Assembly (NCBI RefSeq): GCF_001194135.2
Contig: NC_068981.1
Location: forward strand, 179,269,874 to 179,328,514
Reading direction: 5' to 3'
DNA length: 58,641 nt
DNA from: Octopus bimaculoides
Taxonomy: Eukaryota
Shown here: positions 1 to 12,572 of the stretch, piece by piece
Numbering within the stretch: position 1 is the first letter of the stretch
Layout of the letters: the number at the start of each line of letters is the position of its first letter
Program-made: the position numbers and the translations under genes
Notes under the pieces: model-generated
Databases searched by the model: none
What the model saw: the letters and a program-made list of their open reading frames with translations, nothing else
Told to the model about the DNA's origin: nothing

Positions 1-570
1 GTGGGCACAGGACATCATGAAATGTGCACAACAAAAAAGTATGAAGCACAAGTACATGGACCATGAACTATTCTTTCGAACAACGAAAGGCACAAATGGA
101 AACACAAAACAAACATAAAGAACAACACATCATCAGTTGTTGGCTGTTTTTCTAGTCTCGTATTTCGAGTATTTAACAACAATATACGCTTTCTGTAAAA
201 CAGTTGCTGCTGGAAAGCAGATTAAATAACACAAACAGGACAGCGAAAACAAACAGGACGGGCTGCTAAACCTAAACGAGCTTGTGGTGGCGAACGCGTA
301 AATCAAGCTAGGAGACAAATAAGAACACGTCTTCCATGTTCCAGCTACCACAGAGAGAAAGAAAGATGACCGATGGTCACGTAGGAGCCACGGGAGCAAG
401 GGGGGAAGAGTGAGGGAGAGAGTGACAGAGTAATAGCGTAGAATAGTGGGAGAAGAGGAGGTAAAAGAATAAGAGAGTTAACAACGAAAGAGCAAAAGGA
501 TCGTATAGAGTGCGCATCAGAATTATTAAGATAAAGCTTACTTGGAAGAGGATGCGTGGCGTTCAGTCAT
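1..570 (+). mobile_element. Unclassified ~600-bp interspersed repeat (here family P), near-complete copy
   Basis: Colinear similarity to 22786-23400 and 44455-45037 (CAGGAC start, TCATCAGTTG, GATGGTCACGT, GA-rich middle); ends GGATGCGTGGCGTTCAGTCA like the 22786 copy. Confidence 0.75.
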
Positions 571-605
571 ATAATAATATAAATAATATATGTTGATATG
601 TATTA

Positions 606-823
606 AGGCGGTGAGCTGGCAGAATCGTTAGTACACCGGGCAAAATGCTTAGCAACGTTTCGTTCGTCTTTACATTCTGAGTTCAAATTCCACCAAAGTC
701 CACTTTGCCGTTCGTCATTTCGAGGTCATAGAATTAAATACCATTTGAACACGGGAGTCAATATAATCGACTTACTCTTATTCCTCCAAACCTGCTGGTC
801 TTGTGCAAAAATTTGAAACCAAT
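606..823 (+). mobile_element. tRNA-derived SINE, family S2
   Basis: Head GGCGGTGAGCTGGCAGAATCGTTAG with B-box GAGTTCAAATTCC; body and tail match minus-strand copies at 8585, 37497 and 56843. Confidence 0.85.
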
Positions 824-1077
824 ATATTGAAATGTATTATTTGAAGCATTCAAATTATTGCATTTCACTGTAAATCTAGGAAGTAGTTTCGCTCTGATTC
901 GTTCTTCTCTTTGTACAGAGTTACACACACGCATACACTTACACAAAAGCACACACACAAAAATCACGCACGTGTGTATACAATCACATAACGATACATA
1001 CACATACAGAAAGTAAGAAAGCGGTATAAACACAGTGGTCGATTGGTTCGTATCAACCCTTCAAAGTAGTGCTCCCG

Positions 1078-1164
1078 CATGACCGCAGTCCACTGCTTGA
1101 AACAAGTATAATTATACATGTTTCAAGCAGTGGACTGCGGTCATGTGTAAGTATAATTATACAT
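1078..1164. repeat. 68-bp near-perfect palindrome at a SINE 3' end plus a 16-bp direct repeat
   Basis: 27-bp arms 1078-1104 and 1119-1145 are exact reverse complements; the loop contains GTATAATTATAC; AAGTATAATTATACAT recurs at 1104-1119 and 1149-1164. Confidence 0.95.
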
Positions 1165-1226
<62 letters not shown>

Positions 1227-1709
1227 NNNNNNNNNNNNNNNNNNNNNNNNNNNNNNNNNNNNNNNNNNNNNNNNNNNNNNNNNNNNNNNNNNNNNNNNNN
1301 NNNNNNNNNNNNNNNNNNNNNNNNNNNNNNNNNNNNNNNNNNNNNNNNNNNNNNNNNNNNNNNNNNNNNNNNNNNNNNNNNNNNNNNNNNNNNNNNNNNN
1401 NNNNNNNNNNNNNNNNNNNNNNNNNNNNNNNNNNNNNNNNNNNNNNNNNNNNNNNNNNNNNNNNNNNNNNNNNNNNNNNNNNNNNNNNNNNNNNNNNNNN
1501 NNNNNNNNNNNNNNNNNNNNNNNNNNNNNNNNNNNNNNNNNNNNNNNNNNNNNNNNNNNNNNNNNNNNNNNNNNNNNNNNNNNNNNNNNNNNNNNNNNNN
1601 NNNNNNNNNNNNNNNNNNNNNNNNNNNNNNNNNNNNNNNNNNNNNNNNNNNNNNNNNNNNNNNNNNNNNNNNNNNNNNNNNNNNNNNNNNNNNNNNNNNN
1701 NNNNNNNNN

Positions 1710-1773
<64 letters not shown>

Positions 1774-2120
1774 TTTCCTCACTCTCTTCCTTTCTCCCTT
1801 TCATCCTCGCTTTTTCCTCTAAATGTTCCTTCCTCTTTCTCCATTTCGCTCCCTTACCTCCGTTCTGTCTTTCGTTCTTTCGTTCTTTCGTACTTTTGTT
1901 CAGTCTTTCTCTTTTCTTTGTTTCTGATTTTAGTCATCTTTTCATTCTTTCTGTCTCTCTTTTCCTTCCTTTCTTTTTCTTTATCTTTTATCCTCTCTCA
2001 CTTTCTCCTCTTTCATTATTTTTCTTTATCTTTCCCCGCCTCTCCCTTTTATTTTCATTCTCCTTTATCGTTACTCTCTTTCTCTCTTTATTTTTCTCAT
2101 CTTTCTTTTCCTTTCACCTT
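1710..2120. repeat. (CT)n microsatellite grading into a pyrimidine-rich low-complexity tract
   Basis: Visible directly; the long ORFs here are composition artefacts. Confidence 0.9.
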
Positions 2121-3289
2121 ATCTGCCGGTCTTACGCCACTCTCGCCACTTCTCTAATCAAGGACATCGTGTACAAACGCGATGTTCTTAACTTATCTTG
2201 ATTTCTGCATTTATTTATGAATCAGTTTCTTTGTGATGATAGCTATAAATGTTTTTAAACCGGTGTATCCAAGTGAGGATTAAGTCGGCAAGTCACATTG
2301 CGTCATTTGTCTGACATCATTTTCCCATTTATCCACTAACGTGCGATTAACTTTCTGAAAGTCTATATTAGTATCTTAATTGTGTTCACATGGCTATGTA
2401 AAACGAAAGATGGTTATGAGGAGAATATGCGGAATAGAGGAATGAAACAAGTCATCTATGCTTCGCCATTTTAAAATTCCTGTATATTTATAAATCTTGA
2501 TCCTTTAACAACAGTCGCGTAAAAATGATAAGGACACATTATTTTTAATTAAAAAAATTAAAAAAATGAAAAATGAAGAAAATGCTGTTCTATCGATTGG
2601 CAGAACCGTTAGAGCGTCAAACAAAGTGTCACGGTATTTATTTAGTTACAGCCTTTTTTCTCCGGTGTTCAAATTCTGCTGTGGACAGCTTTTGCTTTTC
2701 ATTGTTCTCGTAGTCGATAAAATAGAATCATAGGCAAGGACTGGAGTTGATGTAATATCGTTACAAAACACTCTGAATATGATCGAATGTAATTAAAATT
2801 GATGAAAAGAATATGTTCTGAATTCTTAATTAAAAAAAAGATGTGTTTATGTAAACGATTGTGGGAGATGGATGGTAGGTACATCTTTAGACAAAATACC
2901 ACATGGCATTTAGCTAGGTCCCTTTACATTCAGAATTCAGACTAGAACTACATTACCCTTAATCTTTGCTAGCTTAAAAATTATACAGTAACGTTATTGT
3001 AGTCGACTTTAGAAACCTTTACACCAGTATAGGCAAAGAGCAAGCACTGAAACCAATAATAAATAAATAAATATATATATATATATATATATANNNNNNN
3101 NNNNNNNNNNNNNNNNNNNNNNNNNNNNNNNNNNNNNNNNNNNNNNNNNNNNNNNNNNNNNNNNNNNNNNNNNNNNNNNNNNNNNNNNNNNNNNNNNNNN
3201 NNNNNNNNNNNNNNNNNNNNNNNNNNNNNNNNNNNNNNNNNNNNNNNNNNNNNNNNNNNNNNNNNNNNNNNNNNNNNNNNNNNNNNNNN

Positions 3290-3370
<81 letters not shown>

Positions 3371-4205
3371 GATATAATTTTGTATTATTTCCAGGATATT
3401 TTCAGTTCTCGCATATAAATTAAGAAGGCCGAATCTATCACTTCGATCCTTCCAGCATTACTTCATCAGACAAAACTCTTTTGCGTTGATTGAAATAGAA
3501 ACTAGTATGTTACATTTACACACTTGACTGCGTTTGTTATGAAGATGTATCACTTTGGACGAGAATATCTATCGTGAAATGATTCTAAGTGACTACAAAG
3601 CTCTCAGTTACAACGAAAAATCCTTTTTATTTATATATCACTCTACATTTCTCTTCTTCAGTCTGTCTGTCTGTCTCTCTCTATATATATCTGTCACTAG
3701 AAAACATACTCAGATTTACGCCGCATGTACTCACTCGGAAACACTGAAAAACATATAGAGAGATACATATAGAGGCACGTTGCATGCGCATGCGCATATA
3801 CATTCGTATGCACGCAGTGTTGCCGGACGGTTAAGACGTTCGTTCCGCAATCATGAGGTTCCGGGATCCACCCACAGTGCAGCATTATGGGTAAAATATG
3901 AGTCCACCGTAAACATAGAGTGTAAAACCAGGAGACGGAAACTGTATGAAAGCCAGTCAGAGGTAGTTTACCTGTAATTCACTGGACCACACTTGTCACT
4001 CAGTGTGAAGGCTGAGTTTTATATTTTTGACCTCTTAGCAACAGTCACGTGAACATTATAGTAATATATAATATTTATTTGTTATTAAAAATATTAAAAT
4101 TGGTAATTACTTCCAGAGAACAGATTTCTGTGAAATATTCAACCACTTACATGGCAATTAAACGAACTTCGCTGGAGATCAGTTGATAGAACAAGTGAAA
4201 ACTCA

Positions 4206-4273
4206 TGGCTGAGAATCCATTGAACAAAGCCTTGTGAGTGGATTTGGTAGATGGAAACTGAAAGAAGCCCGTC

Positions 4274-4351
<78 letters not shown>

Positions 4352-4560
4352 CTTTTAGTTGGTGTCTTTGTCCTTCATTACCGATTGACAACCGGTGTTG
4401 GTGCGTTTACGTCCCCGTAAGTTGGCGGTTCGGTAAAAGAGGCCATTAGAATAAGTACTAGGCTTACAAAAATAAGTCCTGGGGTCGGTTTGTTTAACTA
4501 AAACCCTTCAAGGTGGTGCTCCACTATGGCCACAGTCAAATGATAGAAGCAAGGAAAAAG
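4206..4560 (+). mobile_element. 5'-truncated tRNA-derived SINE, family S1, with internal (TA)n(TG)n
   Basis: CAAAGCCTTGTGAGTGGATTTGGTAGATGGAAACTGAAAGAAGCCCGTCG, then microsatellite, then TTGACAACCG...GGTGCTCC tail, as in 34033-34463. Confidence 0.9.
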
Positions 4561-5107
4561 ACTGGTTTACTAAAAAAACTTAATGGATGCTGCAGATACT
4601 TCGATGATATATTTATACCTAATTATGGTTTCTTTGAATTTTTACTCAGAAAAATAGACCCTAGTGAGTTTATAACCACCAGAAATGGAAACAATATAAG
4701 GAATATTAATTATTGAGATGTCAATTTAGTAATTAAGGATAATAATGAAATATGTACTGACATTTACGATAAAACAAGATTTTGTTTCCAAGTGGCTTCA
4801 ATATCATGGTTCGGTAGTAGAATTTCTTCATTTATCGGTTATGGTGTTTTTGCAGGGCAAATTGTATGATCTATATCTTACAATCATATATATCTTACTA
4901 TTATTAGTAATTGTACCATATCTTACTATGATTAATAATGCTAATAAATTTTTGGAAAGAATAAATAAACTGTTAAGACATTAAGTAAAATAAGGGTATA
5001 GATATGGTAAATTGATTAAAACTTTTAATCGCTGTTTAGATGGGAGACTTGAAATTTTAAATAAATATGGGGCAGTATCTAATCTTCAACTTAGCAAATA
5101 TTTGTAA
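4561..5107 (+). pseudogene. Penelope-like element reverse transcriptase, C-terminal palm/thumb, disrupted
   Basis: Translates to CRYFDDIF (YxDD motif), then NY*DVNL..IYDK..F.FQV..ISWFGS..GYGVFAGQI, then FLERINKLLRH*VK*GYRYGKLIKTFN..ILNKYG; in-frame stops present; this motif order is typical of PLE RT. Confidence 0.8.
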
Positions 5108-5193
5108 AGATTTGGAATGTTTACAATTAAAGTAATTTGCTTACTACGTCACCAATATTGTTTGAGACAAATGAAGAAGTAATAATTACGCAC

Positions 5194-5347
5194 TAGGTCA
5201 TCAATAGTTAGGATAGTCTTATAAGTTCTAGAGGTTATGGAACTGCGTGGTCTGAAAAGCCTTGTAAGCGTAGGTCATCAATAGTTAGGATAGTCTTATA
5301 AGTTCTAGAGGTTACGGAACTGCGTGGTCTGAAAAGCCTTGTAAGCG
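5194..5347 (+). repeat. Two tandem 77-bp units just downstream of the PLE RT (possible pLTR remnant)
   Basis: Units start at 5194 and 5271 (TAGGTCATCAATAG...) and differ at one position. Confidence 0.95.
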
Positions 5348-5447
5348 TTAATACTTTGTAGTTTTTTTTTCTTTTAAACAATTTGTATTTAGCTGTAAAC
5401 GTAGCAAGGTTTTATAATAATAGTTAATTACAAGTATACTTTATTAG

Positions 5448-5830
5448 AGTGGAGGCGCAATGGCCTAGTAGTTAGGGCAGCGGACTCGCAGTCATAGGAT
5501 TGCGGTTTCGATTCCCAGGCCGAGCGTTGTGAATGTTTATTGAGCTAAAACACCTAAAGCTCCACGAGGCACCGGCAGGGGATGGTGGCGAACCCTGCTG
5601 TACTCTTTCACCACAACTTCCTCTCACTCTTACTTCCTGTTTCTGTTGTGCCTGTAATTCAAAGGGTCAGCCTTGTCACACAATGTCACACTGAATATCC
5701 CCGAGAACTACGTTAAGGGTACACGTGTCTGTGGAGTGCTCAACCACTTCCACGCTAATTTCAAGAGCAGGCTGTTCCGTTGATCGGATCAACTGGAACC
5801 CTCGACGTCGTAAGCGACGGAGTGCCAACA
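5448..5830 (+). mobile_element. Full-length tRNA-derived SINE, family S4, with 10-bp TSD
   Basis: A-box TGGCCTAGTAGTT, B-box GGTTTCGATTCCC; ACTTTATTAG at 5438-5447 and 5831-5840. Confidence 0.9.
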
Positions 5831-6632
5831 ACTTTATTAGTTCCTATTTATAAAATCTAATGTTTCTATTAGTTACTGGTAAGTTTACATGAAAGCTTCT
5901 AAGGGTAATATATATTAATGAGTAAGTAGTGTTTTTATTATTAACTTTCCAATTATGAAATAATGTATTTCACTCATAATTATTAAATTATTCGTCAATT
6001 TAAATTCAATCGTGTTTTGTTTTGGAGAGAATTGAATATGAAGCATTCACTTTTTTTTTTATTATAGTAGGAACTATGGAAGACTGTTGAGATTATTATT
6101 TGTATGAACTTAAAGATTGGTCGCTATTTAGTATATGATTTAGTTATTGGAAGTTTATTATTAATACCGATACATAGATTTATGTGTTTGTTGTAATTAA
6201 ATTTTAAAGTTAGTGTTTAATCCTGCCTATATTTAGATAGATTGAATATGGTTATTAAGCTTTCAATTTTATATTATACTCTGGAAGACCGTAGGGAATA
6301 TTTTTTGTATGACAAAAAGGTTTGGTCGCTCTTTAGTTACATATTTAAAAGTTGGTTATAGATTTACTTATTGAATTTATTTATCGATACTGTCGTACAT
6401 AGGGTAAATGTGTTTGAAATTTGTAATTTCTTTGGTATGTTTGTTCCCAAACAACACTTACTTTAATGCTGCCGACACCGCCGGATTGAATGGTACTGCT
6501 CAGGTGTTGAAACCATAATGATATCCGTGGGGCAGCTGATGATGGAGGTAAGTTGGATTGTTGGTATGGCTGTGTCTGCATATATGCTAAATGACAGAGA
6601 CGGAAAATAGAATATACAAGAAACTTTATTGT

Positions 6633-6736
6633 TCACAACGATCGTTTCGACTCATCCTGCATCGATCCCTCACACGTAGGATACTGTATAACTGGTAGTG
6701 GTACATCCCCGAGTTAAGAAATGCCTCGTCAGGTGA
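6633..6736 (-). ncRNA. Minimal type-I hammerhead ribozyme motif with intact core and long stem-II insertion
   Basis: Minus strand reads UCAC-CUGACGA-GGC...(71 nt)...GUC-GAAAC-GAUC-GUU^GUGA; stem I UCAC/GUGA; palindromic stem III ACGAUCGU; PLE-type minimal HHR. Confidence 0.75.
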
Positions 6737-6754
6737 TGCTATCAGGGGTATCTC

Positions 6755-6950
6755 GTTGGCTGTGTGGTAAGAAGCTTGCTTCCCAACCACATGGTTTCGA
6801 GTTCAGTCCCATTGCGTGGCATCTTGGGCAAGTGTCTCCTGCTTTAACCTCATGCCGACTAAAGCTTTGTGAATAGATTTGGTAGACGGAAACCGAAAGA
6901 AAACCGTCATATCTATCTATCTAATCGCTCTCTCTCTCTCTCTCTCTCTC
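6755..6950 (+). mobile_element. SINE S1 5' half running into (CT)n and a gap
   Basis: TGGCTGTGTGGTAAGAAGCTTGCTTCCCAACCACATGG head. Confidence 0.9.
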
Positions 6951-7238
6951 NNNNNNNNNNNNNNNNNNNNNNNNNNNNNNNNNNNNNNNNNNNNNNNNNN
7001 NNNNNNNNNNNNNNNNNNNNNNNNNNNNNNNNNNNNNNNNNNNNNNNNNNNNNNNNNNNNNNNNNNNNNNNNNNNNNNNNNNNNNNNNNNNNNNNNNNNN
7101 NNNNNNNNNNNNNNNNNNNNNNNNNNNNNNNNNNNNNNNNNNNNNNNNNNNNNNNNNNNNNNNNNNNNNNNNNNNNNNNNNNNNNNNNNNNNNNNNNNNN
7201 NNNNNNNNNNNNNNNNNNNNNNNNNNNNNNNNNNNNNA

Positions 7239-7438
7239 TATATATATATATATATATACATACATATATATATAACTGCTTCTTGCAGTTTCCGTCTACC
7301 AAATCCACTCACAAGGCTTTGGTCGGCCCGAGTTTATAGTAGAAGACACTTGCCCGAGGTGCCACGCAGAGGGACTGAACCAGAAACCATGTGGTTGATA
7401 AGCAAGCTACTTCTCTCTCACAACCACTCCTGCGCCTA
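7239..7438 (-). mobile_element. SINE S1 5' half
   Basis: Reverse complement of the S1 head and body (CAGTTTCCGTCTACCAAATCCACTCACAAGGCTTTGG...). Confidence 0.9.
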
Positions 7439-7489
7439 TGAATTACTAATATAAAGAAAATGCGAGAAGATAAGGATGAAGAAGAAAAA

Positions 7490-7630
7490 AAGAGGAAAAT
7501 GAAAAAGAAGCACAAGAAGAAGAAGAATGAGAAGAAGAAGAAGAAGAAGGAGAAGAAGAAGAAGAAGAAGAAGAAGAAGAAGAAGAAGAAGAAGAAGAAG
7601 AAGAAGAAGAAGAAGAAGAAAGAGGAGAAA
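7490..7630. repeat. (GAA)n microsatellite
   Basis: Visible directly. Confidence 0.95.
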
Positions 7631-7964
7631 AAATGAAAAGAGGACAAGAACATAACGACAAAGTTGAAGGTGAAGGATAGTGAGAGAAAGAAGGAAAACA
7701 GAGGAAAAAGAAAGAAAAATCTAATTATTATATCTGGACGAAAGATAGGGTTGATGTTGTGGAATGGCCATTAAATAGTTAGTCGTCAGCATCAAATTTC
7801 AATTGACAGATGAAAATTAATTTCAGTTTGCTACTAGATACAACTTTATACAGACAAAAGGGAAACGCGGGTGAAATTGAAAATAATAACAACGATTGCA
7901 GCAATGCTAATAGTAAGAAGGGAGTGATAAGAAGAAAATAAAACAATAATGATTCTACGATTAC

Positions 7965-8015
<51 letters not shown>

Positions 8016-8017
8016 GT

Positions 8018-8053
<36 letters not shown>

Positions 8054-8270
8054 TTATGTTTGACTTTTGTTTTGCATTTGTACAAGTTGGATCCAAGTCT
8101 CACCCAGAGACCTCAAGAGACAACAAGTTAGAAGTTCATGTAGGTGTTATGCCTAGGGTACCATATATTTAGATTTGTACAGTTTTGTTCAAGTGAATGT
8201 TTAAGAAACCATAAGAAAATTATGTGTTCGCTTTAAAATTTGAGATCACATAGACAATATTTACGTAGGA

Positions 8271-8350
<80 letters not shown>

Positions 8351-8355
<5 letters not shown>

Positions 8356-8506
8356 TAGTTTTATTTTTATAACGTGCTTTCACTTCACTATCTGTTTCGA
8401 GTTACCTCTATTTCCAGATCTTTGTATTTTGAAAGTTTCTCCATTTCTTTTAGGGAAAAGTTGTCAACTGCTGGTATTGATACATCAATTAGAAAGCATT
8501 TTTTCC
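8351..8506 (-). mobile_element. Internally deleted R4/Dong-type LINE 3' fragment between (TTA)n tracts
   Basis: Minus strand encodes KKCFLIDVSIPAVDNFSLKEMEKLSKYKDLEIEVTR, fused to the terminal ~40 bp of the 3'UTR seen at 40828-40868. Confidence 0.8.
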
Positions 8507-8519
8507 TTCATTATTTTCC

Positions 8520-8584
<65 letters not shown>

Positions 8585-8585
<1 letters not shown>

Positions 8586-8735
8586 TTCTGCTATAGGCAC
8601 AAGGCCTGAAATTTTTGATGAGGGGGCCAGTCGATTAGATCGATCTCAGTACGCAACTGGTACTTAATTTATCGACCCCGAAAGGATGAAAGGCAAAGTC
8701 AACCTCGGCGGAATTTAAACTCAGAACGTAAAGAC
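8585..8735 (-). mobile_element. SINE S2 3' part
   Basis: GGCACAAGGCCTGAAATTT...GGCAAAGTCAACCTCGGCGGAATTTAAACTCAGAACG. Confidence 0.85.
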
Positions 8736-10817
8736 AACTGTTTAACATGTGGGCTAATTTCTACTGAACCCGGAACCATGTGGTTGGTAAGCAAGCTACT
8801 TACCACACAGCCACTCCTGCGCCTATGCAAAATTAAATTTAGTTTGAGCGATGCTCAGCGAAATCGCTCAGTGACAGATTTGGCATTTTAAATCTGCCGG
8901 CGTTAAACCTGGTTTCCTTTCTCTCTCTCACAAAACACCTTGTAATATACGAGTTAACTATTCTTCTTTAAAAATGTTTCGTGAAAAGATGCTGTTAGTA
9001 ATCGATGATGCTTCAACTAAAGAATCGTAAAAAGTATTGTGTAACTAATTAAATTGTCCCTAATCGACATAGCAGTGTGTACTGGATATTTTAAAGTAAA
9101 ACATACCATCCAGCTGGTCATGTTCCAAATTAACATCTAAGCTTTTAAAATAGCGATAACAGTTGTTTTAAAATAGCGGCTGGCATCTATACATGTTTTG
9201 TGACGTCATGCAACTAAATATATCTGAGGAGAGGACGTCCCTCAGCATTTGCGAAGAAAAAATAACCTGAGATACTTTCAGTTTCACGTATCATGTTACT
9301 AACAGCATGCGATGTCAAATCATTAGTTTTTCTTTACGCAAAGTTAGCCTACAACCCTATTGAAATAGAATATAGATTATATAGATTTCTATTTCTGACA
9401 TAAATAAGCTACAAATACCTGCTACGCTCCTATAAGAATTCCTAGAATTCGCAACGGGCTTGTCGTTCAGGTGTTTGACTGCTTAGGTGAAAAGCCATTT
9501 TGCATTGTCACTGACGGCACACTACACCCACGGCAAAAATACACCCTTTACTCTTAGTTGTTCTTCACCATCTTTAGGTTCTGGCCAGCCTTGATCGAGT
9601 AGAGCCATGAGCATTATTGTTTCAGCTATGACTATCCAGGTTATTTTCAGATATAGTGTATCCAAGAATTCTTCTCTCCGTTTAAACAGCAGGAGGTACT
9701 TTGTGAGAGATGTGGCTACTATTCCTAATAGATCGGCAACTATACAGTACATATCACTGTTGTTAATACAAGTGAAACCGAGTACTCGACGACTGATTTG
9801 TTTGCACGCAAGAACATTCTTAATTTTGCCTAAGAGATAATAAATATGAAATTGATACAACTAATATTGTTAAGCTGCTGACGATGGCTACTGAGAGCAA
9901 GAACTAAGCTTCTCGTGAAGCGAGACGACGTCACATTTTACAATTTATTCTTGCTGTTAATACACTTAAAAAAATTGCATGGGTAGTACATTATTTTATC
10001 TCCTTTCTTTATAAATTGTAAGACGTTTGTATTAAATCAAAATAAACCAAAACTATATCAGCACCATCAACACTATTTTATACGAAGTTTGGTAATATCG
10101 GTTGAGTGACGGGAAAAGTAACTTCAGCTATTTACTTGCCCATATGTACCTTCTGATTTCGAATCTTGCATAAGTAATCATTCCTATCATCAATACCGTG
10201 TCAATAAAATAGATACTATTCAATACGTTTACTGTCTATGGTATTCACCATAATACTGGCTCGTTGCAATAACATTTTACGATAGTGGAGTCTTGAGTTC
10301 ATGTTTGTGGGTTATCCATTTTCCCTGAAGATTTAGAGTAGAATCTCCGTATTTGTTACTAATTTTCTCTGATGATGTCGCTATGTGTAAACTTTTGCTT
10401 TACACTTTATAACGACGTTCAAGTGACCGATTCTGCAGCATAGACTCTTTATGGTTTCCTCAAGTATCGTTATCCAACTTAACTATTTATCATGGATTGC
10501 TTCATTGCTGCATAATCTGCAGATATCTTCCAAGTGCTCCTTCAGAGTAACAACAGCCTTATAAAAGCAGGTATTGATATTCCAACACATGTTATCCAAT
10601 TTTTAAATAAATTACCCAAAGGTATCGACAAAAACTTACCATTAAAATGTCTTCTTTTTTCACTTTCATCAAAAAATCTCTGTTGTTTAACGATAGCTTT
10701 GAAAGATTGGAAAAATTATTCTCAGGCTGTGGTAGCAAAATGTTACTGGTCTTTGCTAAACATATTCAACAGGTGTCTCTGTCGATTCAGTATACTGACA
10801 AAGTTGTGTGACATATA

Positions 10818-11145
10818 TGAGGAGAACCTCATCGGTCATGAATGACCATGGGATTGCACCTAGAAAGTTACCCTCCGAGGCCCAAGTCCGAGCAAGGTTG
10901 TTTGTGGAAGACCAGCAGTTGCCCATGCATACCGGCCTCCCCTCTCCTCGCCACCAGTGTTATCCAAGGGAAAGGCAAAGGCCGATACAGCTTGGCACCA
11001 GTGATGTCGCAGCTCATTTCTACAGCTGAGTTAACTGGAGCAACGTGAAATAAAGTGTCTTGCTCAAGAACACAACACTCATTCTGGTCCGGGAATCGAA
11101 CTCACAACCTCACGATCGTACGCTCGACGCTCTAAACAATGAGCC
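10818..11145 (-). mobile_element. tRNA-derived SINE, family S3
   Basis: Reverse complement of 32458-32795; tRNA-like head followed by a TTGAGCAAGACACTTTATTTCACGTTGCTCCAG core. Confidence 0.85.
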
Positions 11146-11750
11146 CCCCCCCACATCTATACGTCACACANNNNNNNNNNNNNNNNNNNNNNNNNNNNNN
11201 NNNNNNNNNNNNNNNNNNNNNNNNNNNNNNNNNNNNNNNNNNNNNNNNNNNNNNNNNNNNNNNNNNNNNNNNNNNNNNNNNNNNNNNNNNNNNNNNNNNN
11301 NNNNNNNNNNNNNNNNNNNNNNNNNNNNNNNNNNNNNNNNNNTATATATATATATATATATATGTAACCACCCTCAAACTATGCATGCACATACACCACT
11401 CACTCATACATTGTTTCTGTCACATTTGTATACTTCATTTCATGTTCATTAACTTTAGCAAAAGGGAAAACTATGGGGAACAACTTCAAATGGCCAGAGC
11501 AAGCATTGTTATAATACTTATTATTGACGCCTATTATTCTGATGTGTATGGATCTCATTGTTAGGTACTGACTTAGTTAATGTTGTGAGTTCCATGTGTT
11601 GCAGTAGTTAACCACCACCTGAGGCTGTCAACTAGGGGGAGGAGAAGGGGGCATAGGCTGTTCACTCCTTTTAAATATTGTTTCAGCTGGCGTACCCATA
11701 GGTTTGTGAATACACCTGTTTTGGCAAATTTGTTAATAAAAGTTGGTTCA

Positions 11751-11786
<36 letters not shown>

Positions 11787-12414
11787 ATAATAATATGTGT
11801 GTATGTGTGTGTGTGTGTATGTGTGTGTGTGTGTGTATGTGTGTGTATGTGTGCGTGTGTGTGTCTGTGTGCACTTTTAGTATTTAGTTATAGTATTACA
11901 TCAAATGTTTATTATATCTCTATATTATAGTGATTCGTTCGTTGATAAAGAAAAGGAGAAAAAAATTCATTTATCGTGAGTCCATCAACCTCGCTAAAAA
12001 TGCTAATTTTCCCTACAGCAATCGCTGTTCTAGTCTGCTACTAGAAATTAACATTTGATATGGTACATTTGTGTTGTAACTACTTCAATCGTTAATGAAT
12101 TAGTGCTGTATGCACTTTAGGTTTTAGCAAAACTATATAAATGAATAAATAATTGAATGGTTAAGAAATTTACAAACCTTAGACTGCACTAAAACGAAGA
12201 AAATTTTACACAATTTCCGAGCAGAGAGTGAATGAGAAAGAGATAGCGAAGAAGAGAGGATATAAAAAAAAGTGAGTGGAGGTTTAATAAGAGTAAAATA
12301 CTCTTATTAAGGAGAAATTACGTAAAATTGTAAATATAGTTTGATAAAATAGAAGACGTCAATTTTTCTTTGCAGCGTGCAGTATTAAATTGATTTTCTC
12401 TTCGGGCTCCTGTG

Positions 12415-12464
<50 letters not shown>

Positions 12465-12572
12465 CTCTTCGAAACGCCGGTGTTAAAACGGAGGTAGCTG
12501 ATGAAGTAGAATGTTCTCTATGTGGCTTGTGTGTTTTCTCGTCTCTGTTTTGTTTGCAATGTCCTGTACCCA
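12465..12572 (-). mobile_element. Family P terminal fragment
   Basis: Minus strand starts TGGGTACAGGAC and contains TTCATCAG...GTTTCGAA as in the other copies. Confidence 0.55.

Noticed and set aside
606-700. SINE heads as tRNA genes
   Set aside because: A/B boxes are present but no full cloverleaf, and each continues into repeat-family body sequence
5194-5347. Short direct repeats as a CRISPR array
   Set aside because: Two contiguous units with no spacers, eukaryotic context and no cas genes
9878-9932. CTGACGA-TGGCT..AGC-GAGAC-GAC-GTC, hammerhead-like
   Set aside because: GAAA is mutated to GAGA, stem II is incomplete and there is no stem I pairing; possibly a relic but not supportable
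10050-10810. ORF 10534-10845 and a minus-strand SLERR motif suggesting a LINE
   Set aside because: A single short motif; no ordered motif series could be established
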